Source: a virus
Lineage: Duplodnaviria > Caudoviricetes
DNA length: 55,050 nucleotides
Direction: 5' to 3' (one strand)
Virus record (IMG/VR): IMGVR_UViG_3300020445_000003
Span: 1-55,050 of that record
Shown piece by piece: positions 47,569-55,050 of this stretch (its first letter is position 1; every line of letters begins with the position of its first letter). The notes below the pieces were generated by a model, which saw only the letters and a list, made by a program, of their open reading frames with translations, was not told the DNA's origin and made no database searches. The position numbers were made by a program, and so were the translations under genes.

Positions 47569-48788
47569 TATGCTTCAACTATATTATACATTAATTTTGT
47601 CTCAAAATCACTATAACTATCTGGATTGTGTGCAGTATAGAAAGCAAAATCTTCTGAGTTATTTGGAGAAGAACTTGGATTTATAATTGGAGAAACTGCA
47701 GAAGGTTGATTATTATTTGTATTGACATTATATGGAACAAAAGTAACATTAGTTTTACTAGTTCCATTTTTTATATTATCAATATGCTTTGAAATATTAT
47801 TATTCGTAGTAGAATTGTTAATTAAATTATTTGCCGAAGATGTATTTGTTACAGTATTAGAAAAAGTATTAAAACTGACATCTCCTTCTTTAGAATAATT
47901 TTTCCCATCTACAGGAGTACCAAATACAAATGATTTAATTCCATCAGAAAATTTATCTAAAATATTATTAAATTTTGAAAGCAAATCTGGTGCAATACCA
48001 ACAGAATTAACATCACCATCTTTTGTTTTTAACATCTCGTTAAGACCCACACCAGCTCCAAAAGCAATTGGTAAACCTGCATATTTAATACCCTTAAGAC
48101 CCACTTTTGTTGCAAGTCTAGGATTTGATGCTACAAATAATGCTGTAACTATACCAGCACCTTTAAGCCACGGCATATAAGGTTCCATAAACTTACTAAC
48201 AGCATTACCTACCCATCCCTTAATTCTATCAGTAGTTTCTGGAAAAAATGTTTCTCCCAACCAATTTGTTAATGCTCCTCCTATTACTAAATTCAACAAA
48301 TTACCAATTATTCCACCACCAAGCAAACCACCACCACCTTTATTGGCAGCTAAACCTTTTAATTGCTCTGCAACTTTCTTAACAGCAACACGTAATATCT
48401 TTGCAATCTCAAAAGTTTCCACAAGAGTATTTCTAAGCAACTTCATACTCTTTTTAATCTTCTTCTCATTTCTCTTTGAACCAAATCCCATAAAATTAGA
48501 TAAAAATCTACCCTTACTTTCACCCTGACCTCTTTGATCAGTATTAGGTCTCAAATTATTAATCATAGATCCCACATTAGAGATCTTTGGTCTTATGAAA
48601 TTAGAAGCACGAGAAAGTACACCACCTTCACCAATTGGAGATTTAATTATAGGTTTCAAACCATCAATCATAGATCTCATATTAGAGATCTTTGGTCTTA
48701 TGAAATTAGAAGAACGAGCACGAGAAAATAAACCCCCTCCAATAATTGGAGATCTAAATGAAGGTATAATCGATGAAGTAATTGCCAT
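47568..48788 (-). CDS. Tape-measure/hub-like protein (406 aa)
   Basis: Similar architecture to the neighbour; N-terminal 35-aa duplication. Confidence 0.5.
   Translation of the reverse strand: MAITSSIIPSFRSPIIGGGLFSRARSSNFIRPKISNMRSMIDGLKPIIKSPIGEGGVLSRASNFIRPKISNVGSMINNLRPNTDQRGQGESKGRFLSNFMGFGSKRNEKKIKKSMKLLRNTLVETFEIAKILRVAVKKVAEQLKGLAANKGGGGLLGGGIIGNLLNLVIGGALTNWLGETFFPETTDRIKGWVGNAVSKFMEPYMPWLKGAGIVTALFVASNPRLATKVGLKGIKYAGLPIAFGAGVGLNEMLKTKDGDVNSVGIAPDLLSKFNNILDKFSDGIKSFVFGTPVDGKNYSKEGDVSFNTFSNTVTNTSSANNLINNSTTNNNISKHIDNIKNGTSKTNVTFVPYNVNTNNNQPSAVSPIINPSSSPNNSEDFAFYTAHNPDSYSDFETKLMYNIVEA
48561..48712. repeat. Intragenic direct repeat, 105-nt period
   Basis: 32-nt exact match at 48576-48607 and 48681-48712 (encodes SNFIRPKISN). 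Confidence 0.9.
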
Positions 48789-48965
48789 TTAGATATTTTC
48801 TTGTTTTGCTTTTAGATTTTCCTCTTCAATGTATTGATTTAGTAGTGCGAGATAGATTTCTCTTTCCCACGGTATCATATTTTCAATCTCAGTTAATGAA
48901 TATTTATGGTGTTGCATCAAAGAAAAATTTAACTTATAAAATGACTCAAGATCAATATGAGCCAT
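48789..48965 (-). CDS. gp51: Baseplate hub assembly catalyst gp51 (58 aa, not in ORF track)
   Basis: Manual translation MAHIDLESFYKLNFSLMQHHKYSLTEIENMIPWEREIYLALLNQYIEEENLKAKQENI*; directly follows gp26. Confidence 0.85.
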   Translation of the reverse strand: MAHIDLESFYKLNFSLMQHHKYSLTEIENMIPWEREIYLALLNQYIEEENLKAKQENI

Positions 48966-48967
48966 TA

Positions 48968-49693
48968 CTATCCGAAAAAATTTGCCAAACCCTCCAGAGT
49001 TACCTCACTCTCAACTTTTGTGTTTGGATTCTTCACCTTCATAGTATGAGATAATTTAGGCATAGTACTAAAGAACTCTTCAATTTGTTTAAATTGACTA
49101 GAACTTAGACTTTCAACCCAATCCTTCAATTCTTTCTTTGTACAATCAGATGCAGACCAGGAATCTTCCTGATCATATACCATATCTATACATGATGCAA
49201 CAATATCAAATGATTGCTGCACAGTAGATGCATTATCATCATTCATATCAAAATTATTTTTAATAAATTCACTTAATGATGGATACTTCATCCTAAGTGT
49301 CAAATTAGCATCTAAAGGAATCTCTCTTTTGTGGTTCTTATCCTTCTTGATTTCTATTTCATCAATATAAACCTTAACTGGAACAGTAGTCTCTTCATCA
49401 TCAGGACAAGTAACAACTAACTCAATTGCCTCTCCAACAGATTTCCCACGAACGTTCAAGAAAATATACTCAATATCAAATGTAGGTAAAGCATCTACTT
49501 TAACACCACGAGTCTGAATACATTCCTTTAAAGTTGATTTAATGGCATTAGTAATCTGAGTTAAATCCTGACTCTCCAATGCAAGTATTAATACTTTCTC
49601 TTCTTTTACAAGAAATGGTCTATACTTTATTTTCTTCCCACTAGATGGAAGTACCAACTCATACGTTGGTGTTGTAATTTTTGGTAAAGGCAT
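48968..49693 (-). CDS. gp26: Baseplate hub subunit gp26
   Basis: MPLPKI.TPTYEL.LPS....KYRPFLVKEEK...FDIEYIFL..RGKSVGE. Confidence 0.9.
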   Translation of the reverse strand: MPLPKITTPTYELVLPSSGKKIKYRPFLVKEEKVLILALESQDLTQITNAIKSTLKECIQTRGVKVDALPTFDIEYIFLNVRGKSVGEAIELVVTCPDDEETTVPVKVYIDEIEIKKDKNHKREIPLDANLTLRMKYPSLSEFIKNNFDMNDDNASTVQQSFDIVASCIDMVYDQEDSWSASDCTKKELKDWVESLSSSQFKQIEEFFSTMPKLSHTMKVKNPNTKVESEVTLEGLANFFG

Positions 49694-49718
49694 AATGTGT
49701 GTAGCACTTCAGTATTTT

Positions 49719-49726
49719 TATTTATA
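49719..49726 (-). promoter_or_regulatory. T4 late promoter TATAAATA
   Basis: Exact consensus about 26 nt upstream of the gp26 ATG. Confidence 0.8.
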
Positions 49727-49752
49727 GCACTTTTTTGAAAAACCCCTTGGCT

Positions 49753-49806
49753 CAAAAAATTGCCTGACTTTTTTTTGCGTCTTTTTTGAAACTAAAAGCT
49801 AATTTT
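49753..49806. repeat. Non-coding 54-bp element, copy 2
   Basis: 46/54 identical to 29013-29066. Confidence 0.9.
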
Positions 49807-49817
49807 CCCCCACAGTT

Positions 49818-51032
49818 TTAACGTGGTACTTTTGGTGGAGTTCTTGGACCAGGATTGCCAGTTGTTCTATTTAACTTTGGTGGATTTCTTTGTAAATCAT
49901 TATTCAAAGACGAATTAAAATCAGAACGTGGTAGTTTTGGTGGTGTTCTTGGGCCAGGATTACCAGTTATTCTATCTAACTTTGGTGGAGTTCTTGTACC
50001 AGGATTGCCAGTTATTCTATCCAATTCTGGTTCTGGATTAATATTTGGCAAGTCGTTACCAATAACCGTTTCTCTAAATTCGTCACCATTAAAATATGAA
50101 TTAGGATCATCGAAATCTAAATCATTCAGATTATTAGACCAAGGATAATTATTTTTCCTTTGTGGAGCACCTTCAGTTAATGCTCTTTGTGCTTTAGATT
50201 GAGTTACTATGGCTTGTGTAGGCATATAAACCTTACTGTTAGTAGCAATATTATTAGTACCAGAATAAGTTGATGTTTTACCACCATTATCTTTAACAGT
50301 AATATATCTGGTATATCCAAATATAATTGTTACTCTTGATAATGTGCTACCATCATAACTTACAGGAACTGCAGTAACCTGTTTAGGAAATGCATCAATT
50401 AATTGATAAGATAATAATGGTTGAGCATTTCCAGTACTACTAGAACTATTTGGATTATTAAAAAAGGATCTTTCAAATTTAGTAATACTTATTTTTCTCT
50501 TATACTTTCCAGGATATCTAAGTTTATAATAAGAATTGGTATCTACCATACCATCTTGTGCATTTGAACCACCGCTATATTGACCATTAACACTGTACAA
50601 TGGATTGATATAATTAACCCACTCTTCAAATAAACGAAGGATATTATACTGATCATCTATGTAAAAGGTTACTTCAAAATCAGGCCATACTCTTCTGGTA
50701 GGCATATACTCCAACATACCTTGATATGATCCTGGTTGCTCAGTCATATCAAAATTTACTCCAGGAAGTATTGCTTCTGATGCAAAGAAATCATAAGACA
50801 TACTACTAGAAGAATAGTCATCAAAGATTCCACTACGTGTTAAATGACCATCTAAATTATTTGCTCCAGTAACATTCCTATTAAGATGTAATGATATTTT
50901 AAATTGACTCGAAACAGAAAGACCTTTGAACAAATCCTTTGCCGAAGGTAATGCATTTCTACCACTATCAGTAACTCTAGGAGTAGCTACTTTCAAATAT
51001 AGTGGATCTACCCTATTAGACGCTGATCCCAT
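49818..51032 (-). CDS. Tail tube initiator-like protein (gp54/gp19 fold) with repetitive C-terminal extension
   Basis: EAILPG, VTFYID...LFEEWVNYI and YQLIDAFP..V..VPVSY motifs; synteny between gp26 and gp4. Confidence 0.65.
   Translation of the reverse strand: MGSASNRVDPLYLKVATPRVTDSGRNALPSAKDLFKGLSVSSQFKISLHLNRNVTGANNLDGHLTRSGIFDDYSSSSMSYDFFASEAILPGVNFDMTEQPGSYQGMLEYMPTRRVWPDFEVTFYIDDQYNILRLFEEWVNYINPLYSVNGQYSGGSNAQDGMVDTNSYYKLRYPGKYKRKISITKFERSFFNNPNSSSSTGNAQPLLSYQLIDAFPKQVTAVPVSYDGSTLSRVTIIFGYTRYITVKDNGGKTSTYSGTNNIATNSKVYMPTQAIVTQSKAQRALTEGAPQRKNNYPWSNNLNDLDFDDPNSYFNGDEFRETVIGNDLPNINPEPELDRITGNPGTRTPPKLDRITGNPGPRTPPKLPRSDFNSSLNNDLQRNPPKLNRTTGNPGPRTPPKVPR
49831..50025. repeat. 45-nt coding repeat, three copies plus a partial one (LxRxTGNPGxRTPPK)
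   Basis: Copies at about 49831-49875, 49936-49980 and 49981-50025. Confidence 0.9.
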
Positions 51033-51039
51033 CTAAATA
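51033..51039 (+). promoter_or_regulatory. Late-promoter-like CTAAATA
   Basis: TAAATA core about 29 nt upstream of the gp4 ATG. Confidence 0.45.
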
Positions 51040-51067
51040 CTCTTGACTTAGTTATACTATACTATGT

Positions 51068-51508
51068 ATGTCATATAATGGTAAATATCGGCCAAGATAC
51101 CCAAGAAAGTACAAAGGCGACCCAACAAATATAGTTTATAGGTCACTTTGGGAAAGAAAGTTTATGAATTATTGTGACTTGAATGAAAGTGTTAATGAAT
51201 GGCAGTCAGAAGAATTCTTTATTCCATACGTATCTCCTCTAGACAATAGAGTACATAGATACTTTCCAGACTTCTTAATTAAATACAAAGATAGTAAAAA
51301 AAGATTAAGAACTATGGTTGTTGAAGTGAAACCTAAGAAAGAAACAAAGATGCCACCCACAAATCCAAAGAAGAGAACAAAATCGTGGGCATATTCTGTA
51401 AGAAACTGGGCAATCAACCAAGCAAAGTGGAAAGCAGCAAGAGAATTTTGTAAGGATAGAAACTACGAATTCAAAATTATGACAGAAGATGATCTAGGTA
51501 TCAAATAA
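51068..51508 (+). CDS. gp4: Head completion nuclease gp4
   Basis: KYKGDPTNIVYRSLWERKFM...HRYFPDF...VEVKP...NQAKWKAA. Confidence 0.9.
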   Translation: MSYNGKYRPRYPRKYKGDPTNIVYRSLWERKFMNYCDLNESVNEWQSEEFFIPYVSPLDNRVHRYFPDFLIKYKDSKKRLRTMVVEVKPKKETKMPPTNPKKRTKSWAYSVRNWAINQAKWKAAREFCKDRNYEFKIMTEDDLGIK

Positions 51509-52050
51509 TGCCAAGAAAAACACTCAAAGAAAGAAGAGAAAGAGATGCTGCAAGGGAACTGGAGTTATCTAATGATACCACTATTGGTGGAAGAATATTA
51601 GAAAAATCCAGGACAACTGCTGGTACTGATGCAGACTGGTTTGCCAATGAATTATATATGGAATTGTCTGCAGTATCGGAAGAAAGATTCCCACAAGTAG
51701 GTGAGTTATGTTACTTCTCATATGGTGCAGCATTCGGTGATAAGTACCCGTGGTGGGATAAAAGACCACTAGCATACATACTGGATATTAAACTAGATCA
51801 CATACTTGGTGCGAACCTACACTACTACAATCCAGACATAAGATCATCAATTGCTGGTTCCCTGATAAATAAAAGAGAAGCTCGATTACCAGATAAAACA
51901 TTACATAGGTATTTCATTACTAATATGGATGGTTTATTAATTGTCCCAGAGGATTCTAAAGAGTGGGCTGACGTTGCAATGCTAGTTACTGAAAAGTTTG
52001 TTAATAAATATGGTAACGTGTCACCAGAAACAGTTTGGGATAGTCCTTAA
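51508..52050 (+). CDS. gp2: DNA end protector gp2-like protein
   Basis: YFSY.A...YPWWDKRPL...GANLHY motif; position after gp4. Confidence 0.75.
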   Translation: MPRKTLKERRERDAARELELSNDTTIGGRILEKSRTTAGTDADWFANELYMELSAVSEERFPQVGELCYFSYGAAFGDKYPWWDKRPLAYILDIKLDHILGANLHYYNPDIRSSIAGSLINKREARLPDKTLHRYFITNMDGLLIVPEDSKEWADVAMLVTEKFVNKYGNVSPETVWDSP

Positions 52051-53582
52051 TGCAAGAAAAAATAAGCACAAAAAAATATAACGGTAAAGAATATGTTCTT
52101 TTCTATGATGCTGCCAATGGTGATCATTCATTGCAAAAGGTTGGACCACAATTCATTACTGTATTTGAAAATGGAACTATGACTAAAGCAGGTGAGGAAG
52201 AATTTTCTTCAGGAAGTGCAGAAGTTGTAAAGGATATAAAAAGTGATATAGCAACCGCATTCAAGAACTCAGGTGGAACTTCTAATGCTTCAGTTAATCC
52301 ATATCCAGAAGCTGAAGTGACTACAACTGGAACAAGTGTTCTGGATGTAATAAAAGATAATGTTACTACTGGTATATCATCTATAACTTCTACAATTCAA
52401 GATTTCACTAGTGAATGGAGTATAGATAAAGAATTATTAAAAAATAAATTCTCAAACATAACAGAACATACAATAAAAGAATTGATGAGAAGAGGACCAT
52501 TAAACTATCCTCAAGATGCACTATACAGCAACAGACAAAGTGGATTTAATCAAGACCACGTTCGCATCACACAATACACATACAGACCACCAAGAGGAAA
52601 CACATTTACAGGTGGAGGTAAAGAAAATTTTGGTGTAAAAGAATTTACAAATATAGTAACAGAAGGTTTGCAAAGAACTACACCATTAGAAAAATACTTA
52701 GGTATGGTAAAATTACCAATGCCCACAGATATAAGTGATAGTAATAATGTAAATTGGGGATCAGATAGTATGAATAATCTATCTGCTGCAATGACAGCAG
52801 GTGTGATGAACAATCTAGGTGGTGCTGCTCTTGGTGCTGCTGCTGGTAGCCTAAAGGGATTTGCTGGTCTTGGTGCAATAGCAGGTATACTTGGCGAACA
52901 ACAATTGAAAGGGAACCTTAATCTGGATACCAAAGAAGGTTGGCAAGATCTTGGAAATAAATTAAAAGGTGTATATAAGGGTGCTGGAGGAGTACTATTA
53001 AACTCAACATTATCTTCTAAAGTCCTATCATCTGCTGGAGTACAAGTATCTCCCGAAGCAATACTAGCAAGAGGATATGGTGTCATTCCAAATGCAAATA
53101 TGGAATTACTATTTCAATCTCCTGCACTTAGAAGTTTTTCATTCAACTGGAAAATGACACCAAGAGATGAGGATGAAGCAAGAATAATAAAAAATATAAT
53201 TAGATTCTTCAAACAAGGAATGGCTGCTAGAAAGATGGACGGTTCTGCTGGAGACTCTTCAGTATACTTAGGTACACCAAATGTATTCCATGTTCAATAT
53301 AAGACTAACCAAGACCAAAATATGGAAGGTTTAAATAGAATTAAAACTTGTGCTTGTACTGGATGTTCTATTAACTATACTCCTGATGGTGTATGGTCTG
53401 CATATGAAGAAGGTCAACCAGTCAGTACAATAATGGCACTAAGATTCCAAGAACTAGAACCTATATACGATACCGATTATCAAAATAAAATTGTTGAAGG
53501 TAGAGTATTTAATGAGAATCCAACATATACTGATGATCAAGGTGATCTTTATCCAATAGGAATCAATGAGGTAGGATACTAA
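52050..53582 (+). CDS. gp48: Baseplate tail tube cap gp48
   Basis: LPMP..ISDSN.V.W, N.NMELLF..P.LRSFSF.WKMTPR...EA and L.FQELEPIY motifs. Confidence 0.85.
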   Translation: MQEKISTKKYNGKEYVLFYDAANGDHSLQKVGPQFITVFENGTMTKAGEEEFSSGSAEVVKDIKSDIATAFKNSGGTSNASVNPYPEAEVTTTGTSVLDVIKDNVTTGISSITSTIQDFTSEWSIDKELLKNKFSNITEHTIKELMRRGPLNYPQDALYSNRQSGFNQDHVRITQYTYRPPRGNTFTGGGKENFGVKEFTNIVTEGLQRTTPLEKYLGMVKLPMPTDISDSNNVNWGSDSMNNLSAAMTAGVMNNLGGAALGAAAGSLKGFAGLGAIAGILGEQQLKGNLNLDTKEGWQDLGNKLKGVYKGAGGVLLNSTLSSKVLSSAGVQVSPEAILARGYGVIPNANMELLFQSPALRSFSFNWKMTPRDEDEARIIKNIIRFFKQGMAARKMDGSAGDSSVYLGTPNVFHVQYKTNQDQNMEGLNRIKTCACTGCSINYTPDGVWSAYEEGQPVSTIMALRFQELEPIYDTDYQNKIVEGRVFNENPTYTDDQGDLYPIGINEVGY

Positions 53583-54238
53583 TGGCATACTTCGAAGAAT
53601 TACCAGACATATCTTATGTCTCTCTTTTACCTAAGACTGGAAACAATGATGAAAGAATCACTGTTAAAAATATATTTAAAAGAGCAAAATTAAGAACTGA
53701 TATTGACCAGGCAATTACAGGATTTACTTACTACCAAATACCAGAAAATACTAGACCAGATGTTGTTGCACAGGACATTTATGGTGATCCAGAATTGGAT
53801 TGGGTTATATTAATAACAAATAATATTATGAACGTGAGGAATGAATGGCCACTAAGTAACAATGATTTATATGATTATATGTTAGAAAAATATGGTTCCG
53901 TAGAAAAACTCAATGAAATTAATCACTGGGAAACAACTGAAATAAGAGACAACTTCACTCGAATTCTTCTTAGAAGTGGATTGGAAGTAGATAAAGAATT
54001 CACATTCACATATAGCATATCAAATACAACATATACAGTTAATCCTACGGTTGCAGTTACAAATGAAGACTATGAGATTAGAAAAAATGACAGTAAAAGA
54101 ACTATTAAATTATTAAAACCACAATACTTATCAACATTCGTAAAAGATATGAGAAATATAATGAAATACGAAACATCTTCACAGTATATCAATAGAACAA
54201 CTAAAGCAGCATATAATCCAAACGCCACTGGGGTATAA
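53582..54238 (+). CDS. gp53: Baseplate wedge subunit gp53
   Basis: YF..LP, KNIFKR and RPD.VA...YGD..LDWVIL..NNI.....EWP motifs. Confidence 0.9.
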   Translation: MAYFEELPDISYVSLLPKTGNNDERITVKNIFKRAKLRTDIDQAITGFTYYQIPENTRPDVVAQDIYGDPELDWVILITNNIMNVRNEWPLSNNDLYDYMLEKYGSVEKLNEINHWETTEIRDNFTRILLRSGLEVDKEFTFTYSISNTTYTVNPTVAVTNEDYEIRKNDSKRTIKLLKPQYLSTFVKDMRNIMKYETSSQYINRTTKAAYNPNATGV

Positions 54239-54263
54239 AAAAACCCCTCACTAGGAGGGGTTT
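54237..54263 (-). terminator. Rho-independent terminator between convergent gp53 and gp32
   Basis: AAACCCCTC-ACTAG-GAGGGGTTT perfect 9-bp stem with a T run on the minus strand; possibly bidirectional. Confidence 0.8.
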
Positions 54264-54270
54264 GTGTATA

Positions 54271-55050
54271 TTAGTTATTAACTAGATTAGCAAAGTACTG
54301 AAGGGAATCATCCTCCTCTTCACTTGTAGAAGTCTGTGCCACTGGTTCAGGAACACGACTTGGTGCTGCTGATTCAAATGATCCACGATCATTATCCTCA
54401 CCACTCAACTCCTCATCAAAAGAAGGACGTTTGACTGGTTGATTTAAACCAAGAACATTCTCAAGACGAGTCTTAAGTGCATCATAAGACTTGAACTTAT
54501 CTGGTGCAGTGAACTCATTCAGATCATACAACTTATTGTAGATCGTTTCTAGTTTATCGTCATCATCAAAGAGAGGACTTGCCTTATCGAACTCAGACTT
54601 ATCATAGTTCTGATAACCTTCGACTCTGCGAATCTTCAACTTGAAGTTTGCACCTGCCCAGAAATCAAATGGATTGATTGCTGTCTCATCTGCGAACTCA
54701 GGCTTCATTGCTTCCTGAATCTTATCAAAGATCTTCTTGCCATACTTGTACAAGAATACTCTACCTTCGTTCTCAGGGTTAGCAGGATCGCTAACGATAT
54801 AGATGTTACTGTAATATGATAACCTACGCTTCTGCTTACGTGCTATATCCTTATTAGCATCAGAACCAGAGTTCCACAACTGTGAGTTATGCTCAGAGAC
54901 AGGATCTTTCTGTCCTAATGTGGTTAGAGAGTTCTCAATAAACCAACCACCTGGTCCTTGGAATGCGTGTGTATAAACTCTTGACCAAGGAAGATCACAT
55001 CCTTCTGGTTCTGGAAGGAAACGAATGATTGCATAACCATTACCAGACTT
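54271..55050 (-). CDS. gp32: Single-stranded DNA-binding protein gp32, 5' end outside the window
   Basis: Frame open to the window end: KSGNGYAIIRFLP...HAFQGPGGWFIENSLTT...KYGKKIFDKI...NPFDFW.GANFKLKI; acidic C-terminus. Confidence 0.95.
   Translation of the reverse strand, partial: KSGNGYAIIRFLPEPEGCDLPWSRVYTHAFQGPGGWFIENSLTTLGQKDPVSEHNSQLWNSGSDANKDIARKQKRRLSYYSNIYIVSDPANPENEGRVFLYKYGKKIFDKIQEAMKPEFADETAINPFDFWAGANFKLKIRRVEGYQNYDKSEFDKASPLFDDDDKLETIYNKLYDLNEFTAPDKFKSYDALKTRLENVLGLNQPVKRPSFDEELSGEDNDRGSFESAAPSRVPEPVAQTSTSEEEDDSLQYFANLVNN

Noticed and set aside
48782-49054. 90-aa plus-strand ORF
   Set aside because: Antisense to the clearly recognisable gp51 and the gp26 3' end.
51043-51071. 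TTGACT as a sigma70 -35 upstream of gp4
   Set aside because: No -10 hexamer at 16-18 nt spacing.
886-53086. Many short ORF-track entries antisense to or out of frame with large genes (e.g. 2568-2879, 30525-30857, 43232-43843, 52550-53086)
   Set aside because: Shadow ORFs caused by codon bias of the real genes; no motifs or expression signals seen.
54271-54879. ORF-track start of gp32 at 54879
   Set aside because: The frame stays open with conserved gp32 sequence to the window end; the true start lies outside.
54271-55050. Higher GC at third codon positions as a sign of horizontal transfer
   Set aside because: More simply explained by the codon bias of a highly expressed core replication gene.

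Overview
AT-rich window from a T4-like marine cyanomyovirus (Kyanoviridae-type; the CP12 gene and low GC suggest a Prochlorococcus/Synechococcus phage). It covers the late structural region. From the right end it carries gp32 (truncated), gp53, gp48, gp2, gp4, a tail-tube-initiator-like gene, gp26, gp51, two tape-measure-like genes, a baseplate-hub gene, cp12 and a lysozyme-less gp5 cluster. About 40 kb of very large modular fibre/virion genes follow: tail fibres, an S8 protease, a paralogous giant pair, and LRR, PA14-like and Ig-like proteins. No tRNA, rRNA, CRISPR array, intron or mobile element was seen. Most notable unexplained signals: (1) a nucleotide-conserved ~22-nt motif (GAAAGACTTCGCAT..., 13 copies) at module junctions of three different fibre genes; (2) a 54-bp non-coding element present twice 20.7 kb apart at the same offset from a stop codon; (3) small genes with sigma70-type promoters embedded among late genes; (4) a trio of proteins with a shared scaffold carrying PA14-like, Ig-like and plant-type LRR domains. 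All family assignments come from motif recognition by eye, not database searches.
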